From the NCBI GenBank assembly GCA_036826375.1, contig DAISWL010000002.1:107499-171498 (forward strand): 64,000 bases of DNA. Reading direction: 5' to 3'. Both the position numbers and the translations under genes were made by a program. Positions 39,715-48,869 of this stretch are shown piece by piece. The notes beneath the pieces were generated by a model. The model saw only the letters and a program-made list of their open reading frames with translations, was not told the origin of the DNA and did not search any database. The number at the start of each line of letters is the position of its first letter. The stretch's first letter is position 1. The stretch is from Candidatus Saccharimonadota bacterium (GTDB taxonomy: Bacteria > Patescibacteriota > Saccharimonadia > Saccharimonadales > HK-STAS-PATE-42).

Positions 39715-40296
39715 TTAACCCCTTAGGGCTAATCTGATTCTTTCCTCAGTTGGAAGATCTTTATCGATGCTTTTGAGCATATCCAGAGCGTCACCCTGAT
39801 TGTAACCAAGAGCAATTAGCGCTTGAGTGGCTTCATCGTTAAGTTTTACTGAAGAATTCATGATGCTTTCAAAATCGGTTGAGGAATCTTCACCAAATAA
39901 ACTAAGCTTATCTTTTAAATCGAGCACAACTTTTTGAGCAGCTTTAGGGCCAACTCCTTTAGCTTGAGCTATGAATTTAACGTCGCCGGAACCAATTGCT
40001 CGCACTAAACTGTTAAATTCGCTGATGTTCAAAATAGCCATAGCAGCTTTAGGGCCAACTCCGTTCACTGAAATTAAAAGGCTGAACAAACTTTTAGATT
40101 TCTTATCTATAAATCCATATAAATCGTGAGAATCTTCTTTAATATTTTCGTATATATACATAAGCTTGGCGGATCCTAGAACCAGCTTGTGATGATCTTG
40201 ATTCGATACTATCACTCCGTACCCAACACCAGAGCATTCAATTACTACATCATCAATATTCTTTTCTGTTATTATTCCGTTAAGAGTTGCTATCAT
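39715..40296 (-). CDS. ruvA: Holliday junction DNA helicase subunit RuvA
   Basis: MIATLNGII...GVGYGV, and two HhH motifs (VNGVGPKAA, AKGVGPKAA). Confidence 0.9.
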   Translation of the reverse strand: MIATLNGIITEKNIDDVVIECSGVGYGVIVSNQDHHKLVLGSAKLMYIYENIKEDSHDLYGFIDKKSKSLFSLLISVNGVGPKAAMAILNISEFNSLVRAIGSGDVKFIAQAKGVGPKAAQKVVLDLKDKLSLFGEDSSTDFESIMNSSVKLNDEATQALIALGYNQGDALDMLKSIDKDLPTEERIRLALRG

Positions 40297-40494
40297 TTAT
40301 ATATTTTAGCATGCATCGGAATCTATTTTTAATTAAGCTTAAGATTATGGCTATGAAGTAAATCTGTTTTAAAATCTAAATTTTGACCGGAGAGACAGTA
40401 CGATTATAGAACTTTAGTAGGGGTCAGTGAGTATTCGAATGATGTAAAAGTTATTAACTCCAGGCCCCACTATTCAAAAGAAAGGGTTTTAAAC

Positions 40495-41415
40495 TCATCC
40501 AAGAATCTGGATTACGATCGGAGCGATAATTAGAGCAACTAATATAGCTATAGATACTTGTGATGCCGCAAACTCAACATCAAGTTTTTCAAGCTCGGCA
40601 AATGTAATTGAATTGAATCCAATTGGAGCAATACTCGCGAATATTGCAATACTAGTGTTAAGTCCATGTAAACCAAAAACTTTCACAAACATCACGCCAA
40701 TAAGACCGCCCAAAACAAATCTCAGGACTAATGATAGTCCGAGCAGCCCAGGTTTTTTTACTACTGGAGTAAATTTCAACCCTAGTGCAATTAGGATTAC
40801 GGGACCAACTAACCGCGCAATCATGGTTAAGGTGTCGTTAACCAATGCTGGAGGCGTTAAGCCCATTAACTTTACTGAAAATGCGATAATTAGAGCCCAG
40901 AGTGGGGGTGACATAAAAAGTTTCTTAACAATGAAAGAGTTATCTTGTTTCTCGTTGCCTAATTTTACTGCGATTGCGTACACAATACTAAAAACTAGAA
41001 GACCATTGAATGCATCAATTAATGCAAATCGAACTAGTCCATCTGCCCCATATACTTTTTCCACAAAAGGCAACAAAAATCCGGTGTTCATAATAGTGAC
41101 GCCAACTAATAGTGAACCGAATGCCTTTATATTAACTTTTTTAAGCAATGAACCTCTTAGTGTAAATACAGCCAGTAATGTCGTCCCAACAATTGCTGCG
41201 GGAAGTAGACATAAAATTGCAATCGAGGCGTCTATATTTACTTTTAATATTGACGTAAATACTAAAGCTGGAACACCGGCACTAAAAATAACTTTTAACA
41301 ACGAAGAGCCGTCATCGCTGGTTAGGAATTTTAACTTCTTTAAGCCATACCCAATACCAAAAACCAGAATGAGGGGGAATATTTTGATAATTGTATCTAA
41401 CATATTTAATACCAA
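40495..41415 (-). CDS. AEC (auxin efflux carrier) family permease
   Basis: 306 aa, about 10 TM helices, with typical length and hydrophobic pattern. The antisense 276-aa ORF is regarded as spurious. Confidence 0.7.
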   Translation of the reverse strand: MVLNMLDTIIKIFPLILVFGIGYGLKKLKFLTSDDGSSLLKVIFSAGVPALVFTSILKVNIDASIAILCLLPAAIVGTTLLAVFTLRGSLLKKVNIKAFGSLLVGVTIMNTGFLLPFVEKVYGADGLVRFALIDAFNGLLVFSIVYAIAVKLGNEKQDNSFIVKKLFMSPPLWALIIAFSVKLMGLTPPALVNDTLTMIARLVGPVILIALGLKFTPVVKKPGLLGLSLVLRFVLGGLIGVMFVKVFGLHGLNTSIAIFASIAPIGFNSITFAELEKLDVEFAASQVSIAILVALIIAPIVIQILG

Positions 41416-41441
41416 GTATACATCAAATGCTTTAAATCGTT

Positions 41442-41755
41442 AAAGGGGTGAGTGGAATCGAACTTTAATTAACAGGGGTGATTACTATGAATATACTATT
41501 TTTCAGAAAAAGCCAGGAAAATTTAACGGGGGTGGAGTTCGATTACATTAGTCGAAAATTGAATTGGCAGGGGTACGTGGAATAAGCAGAGCTTGCGACC
41601 TGCAGCCATGCTCGTAGCAAGCTCCTGCGCGTGGCTTTGCTCTTCGAACGCACACTCTTACTCGCTTTGCTCGCTGAGCGTGGTCGTTTCACAAACACTA
41701 GCCAAGCAAAAACCCGACCTTATGGTCGGGTCTTAGCTTGGCAGGAGATAGCGGA
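41442..41755. repeat. Array of four to five degenerate copies of a tRNA 3' end (att-scar-like)
   Basis: AAAGGGGTGAGTGGAATCGAAC (41442), AACAGGGGTGATTAC (41471), AACGGGGGTGGAGTTCGATTAC (41525), TTGGCAGGGGT (41564, an exact 11-mer also at 51496) and TTGGCAGGAGATAGCGGA (41738). Compare the intact tRNA end TTGGCAGGGGTGATAGGACTTGAAC at 51496. Confidence 0.7.
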
Positions 41756-41868
41756 CGCATTTCAAACATCTGCTTTAGCTGCTAATGAAGATTATAAGCT
41801 AAAAAATCTAGTAGAACTATTCCAGCTTTCAGGCTCGTTATTAACAAGTGGAGTGGTGGTTTAGTAAT

Positions 41869-42183
41869 ATGAGTCTATCACAAAACAAACGTATAGGCAG
41901 ACCTACAATAATCACGCCAGATACTGTCAGGAAAGTCATAGTAGCTAGAAAGCGTGGCTTGAGCATAAGACAAGCCTGTGCGACCTCTGGTATATCTCAC
42001 GAAGCCTTTTACTACCATACTCGCCACAACCGTGAGTTTACTTACATTTTAGGGCTATCTCAGGACTCAATTAAGGAAAGAGCTAGACTAGGAGTTGTAG
42101 ATGCAATCATGCAGGGTGATTTAACAACCTGTAAGTGGTATTTAGAACGTAAAGACCCTGAGTTCAGAAAGTCAGGCAAATGA
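41869..42183 (+). CDS. Small helix-turn-helix protein (terminase-small-subunit/transposase-HTH-like)
   Basis: GRPTIITPDTVRKVIVARKRGLSIRQACATSGIS (HTH) and C-terminal KWYLERKDPEF. ATG at 41869 (the ORF track starts at the GTG at 41848). Confidence 0.45.
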   Translation: MSLSQNKRIGRPTIITPDTVRKVIVARKRGLSIRQACATSGISHEAFYYHTRHNREFTYILGLSQDSIKERARLGVVDAIMQGDLTTCKWYLERKDPEFRKSGK

Positions 42184-42482
42184 GCCAAGAAGAGGCTCTG
42201 AGATACTTTATAGAAGACTTCAGGTTGTATGTAGCATCTGTTCATTGGAAAACTGCTTGGTCATATCAAAAGTTTGCTCCTCATGAATACACGGTCTCTG
42301 ACTGGAACGTCCAGCGTAGACCCTGGTTCGAGCAAATGGTACTCGGTATAAGAAAATATGGCTACAAAGAAGACTTTGGTAAAACTACATATATTTACCT
42401 TAATCTAGACGGTAGAAAGTATTGGACTCAGGGCGCATCAGTGAAGCAAACAATTTTGATAAACAGGGCTAAACTTGGATAA
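42180..42482 (+). CDS. Hypothetical protein (PHEYTV ... YWTQG ... INRAKL motifs)
   Basis: 100-aa ORF overlapping the previous stop by 4 nt (ATGA). Family not confidently recognised. Confidence 0.4.
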   Translation: MSQEEALRYFIEDFRLYVASVHWKTAWSYQKFAPHEYTVSDWNVQRRPWFEQMVLGIRKYGYKEDFGKTTYIYLNLDGRKYWTQGASVKQTILINRAKLG

Positions 42483-42514
42483 CACTGCATCTAGAAAGGA
42501 ACGCTCGGTTGTTA

Positions 42515-45205
42515 CTATTTGTCTCCGAAGACTCGTATTACTTCGTCGAATGACCTCAACTTATCTTTATTCCAATCTTCTTGTTTAATATACAGGGCTT
42601 TGTATGTCATCCTGCTCTGTCTGTTATTAACATCTTCGCACCACTTCTGCAGACGCTTGAACTTCAACTTGGCATCGTCATCTTCACGCCCCTTAGTCTC
42701 AACAATATATACGGTCTTACTATCTACTTTGACAAAAAAATCAGGATAATAGTTGGCAATAAACCCTTCTGAGTTCTTGTACTCAACCCTAAGTGCACTA
42801 GCTTCCTTATTTTGGAAGTTCTTAGTAAATGAAATTACGTCTTCACACGACTCGATAAATCCTGCAAAAACTAGCTCGAAGTCACTATCGCCAACAATCT
42901 TATTGAAGACTGATTTTTTAGGTACTACAAAACCCTTGTCATTAACTACGAATGGTCGTGACTCACTTATCTTTATATAATTTTTTATCTCGGTATCGCC
43001 ACTGTCTTGAACAGTTAATTCATTTATGGCTTTCTTGAACGTATCTTTGATTAGTCGGATGTATTCTACTTCAGAAAGGTTCCTAAGCATATTTAGGTCA
43101 GACAGCTCCACTTCATTTTCAAACATGTACTGGTGGACGAACTCTCTGACCTTTCCGAACAGAATATCATAACAACCAAATAGACGTAGTTCTCTCATAA
43201 TAGCTTGGGCAAAGAATCCAATCACGCTCTGATAGTCTGGGCTAATTTCACCACTTAACACAGTTGTGTGGTGTTCGTTCTCACCAACTACATCCTTGAA
43301 AACAATTTCTCTCTTTTCCTGTTCTGTAAAAGTTTTGATTGATACTTTTTTGTTTCCAAACTTCGATACATCAAGGTTAGCGAGATTCTTATATTCTCTT
43401 TGTATCCGAGGAGTCATAATTGGTATTTCAATATCTAACTTATCGATATCCTTTTGAGGGTTCTCACTATCAACTTCAACAACCATCGGTGCTATTGGCT
43501 TTGCTCCAGTACCCATAGCTTTTTTCTCTAAGATAACACCCTCTCCTTTGATTGATTCAACAAACTCCATGAAGGCAGGCGTTCCAACAACGCTTACATA
43601 TTCCTTTACATCATCTCTGCCGAAAAACATTCTCCGTAGTCCACGACCTAGTGTTTGTTCTGGCAAAATCTTTGAGTCAGCCGCATACGGTCTCAGACCA
43701 ACTATAGTGGTGACATTCTTAACATCCCAGCCCTCTTTTAGCATCATCACAGATACAATGACCTTGAATGGGCTCTCCCAGCTATCGATTTCATTGGCTT
43801 GTTTGCGGAGCACATCTAAATCATCCTTATTTTTGCCTGATACGCTTTCTGAAACATCACCACTTTTATTAGTGTGAATAGTAAGCACGTTATCACGCAA
43901 ATCTGCAAAACTAGTCCTGATATAATCTGCAACCTCATCACAGTTCTTGGTGTCATCCGTCATTATAAATAGGATGGATTTTTTGCCCATCGGCTTTAAT
44001 TCCTCGTAGGTTTTCCTCCATTCTTCAACACCCAAGTCAATGAAGTCTCTATATTTCTCACTAAATCGTGAACTTTGATTCTCATTTAATTTCCCACGAC
44101 TTGCTGCATCTGGAACTACAGGGTTCTTAACAATTTGCTGATGTATTGCCTCAACGAGAGGGTAGTCACTTATCGTCTGCACAAAGATGGAACCATCTCT
44201 TTTTTTAGGAGTAGCAGTGACATCAAGTTGTAGCGACAGACCAGAACCCTTCTGTTTTAATCGATTGTCGATGTCTTGAATCGATTTTGCCCATGCTAGT
44301 TTTTCATCCCAAATATGATGAGCTTCATCGTTAATGACGATGAGTTCGTCTATATCCCTAACTATCATTCCAAGGTCAACGCTGGTGTCGTTAGTCCTAG
44401 TTACTGGCTTATTCCCCAAGAAGTATCTCGATGTATCTTCATCACTTGGACTAGCCTCCTTTACATCAGATTCAAATACACGATGTATGTTGGTTAGAAA
44501 TATATTTCCAGTGTCCGAAACGGTGCGTAAGTCATCTTGGAGGTGAAGTGTAAGCTGGAAGTCATCTTGCCAGCTCCTACCACGAAAGCCGTTATCTGGT
44601 AAGACTGGGTCTTCATGAAAAATCTTTAAGCCCTCAAAATCATTCTTTATACGTTCAAAAACAATCACGTTCGGACAGATTAGTAAGAAGTTTTTAGAAA
44701 GTAATGAGTCATCTTCATATTTCTTGTGGAAATATGCCCACGCTAACACAAGACTCATAACTTTTGTCTTACCTGCACCAGTTGCCATTTTAATGACTAG
44801 TCGAAGCCACTCTTCAGTAAACATTCCAGGACTTAATACGCCAGTAGAGTTATAACGTATTAAATCGTACTTATCTTTTACCTTAGCGACTTCATACAAC
44901 CAAATAACAGTTTCAAGAGCCTCTCTTTGAGCAAAGTAATATCTGAAGTTATACGAAGTACCGTCTGAGTTGTACATAATGTGGTCTTCTTTGAACCACC
45001 AGTTTAGTAAGGCTATAGATGTGTCACTCGCACCATCGTAGTTTGATTCTCGCCATTCTTTAACCTTTTTCCGTAAATCTGCAACTAGTGGTGGGAGTAG
45101 TTTTTCATGTCCTTTGTCCCTTATATCTTCGGCTGCAGGAAACCATCTAATACTGGGGTCTAGGATGACATAAGGGTCAGTTGGGAAGTCTTTGTGAAGT
45201 GCCAT
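42515..45205 (-). CDS. res: Type III restriction enzyme Res subunit (SF2 helicase plus C-terminal PD-(D/E)xK nuclease)
   Basis: Walker A ATGAGKTKV, DEAH box NDEAHHIW, motif VI QTLGRGLR, C-terminal YYPDFFV...VETKG. Confidence 0.85.
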   Translation of the reverse strand: MALHKDFPTDPYVILDPSIRWFPAAEDIRDKGHEKLLPPLVADLRKKVKEWRESNYDGASDTSIALLNWWFKEDHIMYNSDGTSYNFRYYFAQREALETVIWLYEVAKVKDKYDLIRYNSTGVLSPGMFTEEWLRLVIKMATGAGKTKVMSLVLAWAYFHKKYEDDSLLSKNFLLICPNVIVFERIKNDFEGLKIFHEDPVLPDNGFRGRSWQDDFQLTLHLQDDLRTVSDTGNIFLTNIHRVFESDVKEASPSDEDTSRYFLGNKPVTRTNDTSVDLGMIVRDIDELIVINDEAHHIWDEKLAWAKSIQDIDNRLKQKGSGLSLQLDVTATPKKRDGSIFVQTISDYPLVEAIHQQIVKNPVVPDAASRGKLNENQSSRFSEKYRDFIDLGVEEWRKTYEELKPMGKKSILFIMTDDTKNCDEVADYIRTSFADLRDNVLTIHTNKSGDVSESVSGKNKDDLDVLRKQANEIDSWESPFKVIVSVMMLKEGWDVKNVTTIVGLRPYAADSKILPEQTLGRGLRRMFFGRDDVKEYVSVVGTPAFMEFVESIKGEGVILEKKAMGTGAKPIAPMVVEVDSENPQKDIDKLDIEIPIMTPRIQREYKNLANLDVSKFGNKKVSIKTFTEQEKREIVFKDVVGENEHHTTVLSGEISPDYQSVIGFFAQAIMRELRLFGCYDILFGKVREFVHQYMFENEVELSDLNMLRNLSEVEYIRLIKDTFKKAINELTVQDSGDTEIKNYIKISESRPFVVNDKGFVVPKKSVFNKIVGDSDFELVFAGFIESCEDVISFTKNFQNKEASALRVEYKNSEGFIANYYPDFFVKVDSKTVYIVETKGREDDDAKLKFKRLQKWCEDVNNRQSRMTYKALYIKQEDWNKDKLRSFDEVIRVFGDK

Positions 45206-45206
45206 A

Positions 45207-47342
45207 TTATACCTCTACCTCAATTATGCGAGTAGTATCATTTCCGAAGATATCTACTATTTTGATTGCGACTTTATACCTGCCACTTGTTACTTCCTTT
45301 GGGATTGTAACTAAATCAAGCTCTCTCTTTTTCTTTGTCCGAAAGCTCTGCCACTCATTGTCGAAAATATAATCGCCAGTCCATACTTCTTCATACTCCA
45401 ACAAATCTTGAACTTCACCCTTACCAAATAAATTATCTCCGTGAGTCTTTGGAACACGAATCATTTCTTTCCGACTAGAGAAGTCAAAATCTACCGCCCA
45501 GTAATCAATCCAGTCACTCCATTTTTTCGTAAGTATCTCTCTGGAGATAATTTCAGTATCTTTATCTTTCGAAACTTTTACTACCTGTCCATCCTCTACG
45601 ACGACCTTTGCTCCACCAGGGCGTAAAGCCTCGATAGTTTCGCCTGAATTATCCTGATTATAGAAGACCGAGAAGTCGAGCAGCTCAACTGATAGCTCCT
45701 TTTTCCCAGCAACACCTTTAATAATTGGTTTTGCATCGATAAAAGCTACATCGTAAAACTTTACATGACCACGTTCTACGGCTTTCTTATCAAATACTTC
45801 TCTAGGTATAATTCTAAAATTAACATCGATTCCTTGGCTTCCATATTCGTGAAAGTCTAGCCCCATTTCATAGTCAAAACCAAGTATATCTACTTTGGTT
45901 ATTCCTTTGCCCTTACACTCAGACACGATGTCGTGTACTTGTTGCGATGATACAGGAGTACTTATTGGTCCTACTGCGACAAGTCTGTCTCTTTTCTTTC
46001 CAACCATATTTACGAATGAATCAACACGTTCTGCACTATATGCTTTAATGATTAGCGTTATGAACTCTTCTTCTTTTCTAGCAGCTTGCTGAGCCATTTC
46101 ATCAGCACGCAAATCACTATTTATATTCAAGTAGTTTTCACGCTCATAGCGTCCTATATTAAGTATTTCAAAAGCACGGAAGTTAGTGCCATCCTTCTTG
46201 AGCTTTCGCTGAACTTCAATCATTCTTTTACGAGATGTATGCACTCCGAACTTACCTAAATCCGAACCAATCCATTTTCTGTTTAATCTTTCAGCTACTG
46301 CCATAGTCGTACCTGAACCACAAAAGAAATCTGCAATTAAATCCTCTTCATTTGTGGTTGCCTTGATTAGTCTTTCTAGAAGTATCTCGGCTTTCTGAGT
46401 AGGGTAGCCTACTTTCTCATCGCCTCTCAGAGCAGGTATCTCAATAAAATTATCAACCTTATTTTCCCAAACTTCAAAGTATGCTATCTTCCCATTTTCG
46501 TCTCTTACACGACTTGCCTTACCAGTCTTGGAATCGAAAACATGTTTACTAGCAGTGCGTGGCGTATCGAGTTTCTCATATACTTCGTTATAAATTGATT
46601 TACTCTTGTCCTTAGTGTAAAAAAAGATACTTTCGGTATTCTGATGAAACTTTTTAGACTTAGCCTTAAGTCCAACAGCCGTATAATGCACTACAAGTTC
46701 ATTTTTAAAGTTATTCTGACCAAATACCTCTTCAAGGATTACCCTCATGTAACCACTTAATCTCCAGTCACAGTGTACAAAAACACTTCCGTCTTCCGCC
46801 AGTAAGTCTCGCATAATAAGTAATCGCTCATAAATCATCGCTAAAAAGCTGTCAGCTCCTTTGCCCCAGGTGTCTCTATACGCCACCTCTTCAATGACTG
46901 ATGGTCTTTTAGTGAACGACTCTTCTCCCACTTCTATATTCATCGAGAAGTCTGCACCTACATCGAAAGGTGGGTCAATATATATCATCTTTAAACCACC
47001 CTGGGCTTCAATCTCGTTACGCATCGGTCCGTTTTTTAATGAAGAAAGTATGAGCTTGTTGTCACCCCAAATTAGCTTATTCGTCCATCCAGTAAGTTGC
47101 CTTCCACTGTCATCAAATAGCATTGACTGGAGCCCAATTTTCTCATCACTCCGTGGTTCATCTATTTGTTCAATAACTTGGAAAGGTAGGACAGTGCTGG
47201 TTACATCGTTATTTTTACCGTTCCAAAGCAATTCAACCTCACGGTCATCATCGAACAATAGAAATCGATACTTCTCAGGTAATGGTTTCCCAGCTTCTAG
47301 ATACTTTATGATGTCTCGTTTTTCGTTATCGCTTAAAGTCAT
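45207..47342 (-). CDS. mod: Type III-like DNA methyltransferase Mod subunit (beta-class, N6-adenine or N4-cytosine)
   Basis: IYIDPPFDVGADF (motif IV) precedes DFFCGSGTT (motif I). It sits immediately upstream of res with a 1-nt gap. Confidence 0.85.
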   Translation of the reverse strand: MTLSDNEKRDIIKYLEAGKPLPEKYRFLLFDDDREVELLWNGKNNDVTSTVLPFQVIEQIDEPRSDEKIGLQSMLFDDSGRQLTGWTNKLIWGDNKLILSSLKNGPMRNEIEAQGGLKMIYIDPPFDVGADFSMNIEVGEESFTKRPSVIEEVAYRDTWGKGADSFLAMIYERLLIMRDLLAEDGSVFVHCDWRLSGYMRVILEEVFGQNNFKNELVVHYTAVGLKAKSKKFHQNTESIFFYTKDKSKSIYNEVYEKLDTPRTASKHVFDSKTGKASRVRDENGKIAYFEVWENKVDNFIEIPALRGDEKVGYPTQKAEILLERLIKATTNEEDLIADFFCGSGTTMAVAERLNRKWIGSDLGKFGVHTSRKRMIEVQRKLKKDGTNFRAFEILNIGRYERENYLNINSDLRADEMAQQAARKEEEFITLIIKAYSAERVDSFVNMVGKKRDRLVAVGPISTPVSSQQVHDIVSECKGKGITKVDILGFDYEMGLDFHEYGSQGIDVNFRIIPREVFDKKAVERGHVKFYDVAFIDAKPIIKGVAGKKELSVELLDFSVFYNQDNSGETIEALRPGGAKVVVEDGQVVKVSKDKDTEIISREILTKKWSDWIDYWAVDFDFSSRKEMIRVPKTHGDNLFGKGEVQDLLEYEEVWTGDYIFDNEWQSFRTKKKRELDLVTIPKEVTSGRYKVAIKIVDIFGNDTTRIIEVEV

Positions 47343-47545
47343 TTGTTTTTCTCCATTATTTTCAATACATCTTCTTTGTGATATCGTCTATCGCCCCTTG
47401 TACCAATACGGACAGCCACTAGATAACCTTTTTTGTCCCAAGCCCTAAGAGTATTTGGATGACATCCAAGCATCTCACAAGTCTGTTTAAGTGTTAGTAG
47501 TTTTGGTCGTTTGCTACCAGATTGTGTCATACTATAAGTATACAC
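47339..47545 (-). CDS. MerR/excisionase-type (HTH_17) DNA-binding protein
   Basis: LLTLKQTCEMLGCHPNTLRAWDKKGYLVAVRIGTRGDRRYHKEDV. Its stop overlaps the mod start by 4 nt. Confidence 0.7.
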   Translation of the reverse strand: MYTYSMTQSGSKRPKLLTLKQTCEMLGCHPNTLRAWDKKGYLVAVRIGTRGDRRYHKEDVLKIMEKNK

Positions 47546-47578
47546 GACTTAATAGACTAGAAGTGCTCGGAAGATGTG

Positions 47579-48325
47579 ATGAAACATACTGCAAAAGAAC
47601 TACAAGACATAATTGACAAACTAGTGGTGCTTTTTAAGAGTGGAGAAGTTGAACTTCAAGAAGCAGCCGAACTTTCTCAAGAAGGTGAGAAGCTAGCTCG
47701 GAGAAATATATCGCCCAAAGAAGCTATAAAACACTGGGACAAGTCAGTGACAAGTATCCTAACCGGTTATTTTGGTGAGTCTAGTCTCTATGCGCAACAA
47801 TTTAGTAGCCCACTTTTGTCAGCCATAGAACTAGGAGTAAGCCCCAATTCTATAGCCGAGTATGCAAGTCATCTAGAAACACGTCTCGTCAAACTAGAGA
47901 GGATAATCTTCAGTATCGAAGAACGTAAACTTTCTACTATTCGCAAATCTACTTCAGAATATGAGTTAAGTAAATCTCCGAAGTACTGGCTTACTTACAA
48001 CGATATTCAGGGGATACTATATCTCCATAACTCAGATGGTATGAGAGTTATTTTAATACGGACGAATCTTGATTCCACATCAGATTCACTACTACAAGAA
48101 CTGTTTAATAACTCCGATGGCATTATTAATATAAAAGAGAGCGTGCTGCCTACTAAAATGATACCCTCCGTTCTTAGAGATATAAAGTTAACTCATGACC
48201 TTAAAAAGATATTCATCCCTAGAACAAATGGAAACAAGATTAGATTTCGGCGTGCAATTACTCATGAGGAGTTCAAGGATGAAGGGTACGATGAGCTGAA
48301 CTTCGCAAATTATGAGACAGCATGA
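47579..48325 (+). CDS. Hypothetical protein
   Basis: About 248-aa ORF divergent from the HTH-mod-res operon. I recognise no family. Confidence 0.4.
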   Translation: MKHTAKELQDIIDKLVVLFKSGEVELQEAAELSQEGEKLARRNISPKEAIKHWDKSVTSILTGYFGESSLYAQQFSSPLLSAIELGVSPNSIAEYASHLETRLVKLERIIFSIEERKLSTIRKSTSEYELSKSPKYWLTYNDIQGILYLHNSDGMRVILIRTNLDSTSDSLLQELFNNSDGIINIKESVLPTKMIPSVLRDIKLTHDLKKIFIPRTNGNKIRFRRAITHEEFKDEGYDELNFANYETA

Positions 48326-48422
48326 GCTTGAATGAGATGTAGTGAGCGAAAATAAGACTTACTGAGCCTACTAAATCGACATTTAGTTACTGTTATAACC
48401 TTGCAATCACGAGGTTATTTTT

Positions 48423-48635
48423 ATGAGTAAACAAATTAAAGTCGAGCCAATTAGAAACCAGTATAAGTTCAGTAAAAAGGAGCTGGATATAATACTGAGC
48501 AATGAGTCGATTGCCAAATTGACAGGCTTTCTAGACGTTCTCATACAAATGGACGTCGCACAAAAGCAAACTAAATCTCAAGAGGATAATAATGAATCAA
48601 ATGAAGATAAGCGAACTGAAGCTAACTCTAGTTAA
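48423..48635 (+). CDS. Hypothetical small acidic protein
   Basis: 70-aa ORF overlapping the next ORF. Confidence 0.3.
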   Translation: MSKQIKVEPIRNQYKFSKKELDIILSNESIAKLTGFLDVLIQMDVAQKQTKSQEDNNESNEDKRTEANSS

Positions 48636-48858
48636 GCCGAGTGAGAGTCTTGTAGGCTTTGCCAGTTGCATAATTAACGAATCACTCTATATAGGTTCTA
48701 TGGGAGTACACAAACGACTACTTGGAGGAGTTCGGATAGTGTACCCAAGGTATGTAGTAAAAGGTCGAAAGTTTAATTACTATCACCCAATCAACAACGA
48801 GTTGTCGAAGCTCATAGAGTCCGAGTTAGTGACTAAATACTCCGAGCTATCTAACTAA
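48592..48858 (+). CDS. SpoVG-like nucleic-acid-binding protein
   Basis: KLTLVKPSESLVGFASCIINESLYIGSMGVHKRLLGG...YYHPINNELSKLIESELVTKY parallels SpoVG (..AIASITLD..FVVHDIRV...IAHPIN...R..I...V...Y). Confidence 0.5.
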   Translation: MNQMKISELKLTLVKPSESLVGFASCIINESLYIGSMGVHKRLLGGVRIVYPRYVVKGRKFNYYHPINNELSKLIESELVTKYSELSN

Positions 48859-48869
48859 GTGCTCAGGCT

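Noticed and set aside
40613-41443. A 276-aa plus-strand ORF antisense to the AEC permease gene.
   Set aside because: It has a low-complexity, Pro/Asn/Thr-rich translation typical of the antisense frame of a membrane protein gene. The minus-strand product has a coherent 10-TM permease pattern.
41631-41864. A 77-aa ORF in the GC-rich segment at the island edge.
   Set aside because: It spans the att-scar and terminator hairpin region, has no ribosome-binding site, and gives a low-complexity Ala/Leu-rich translation.
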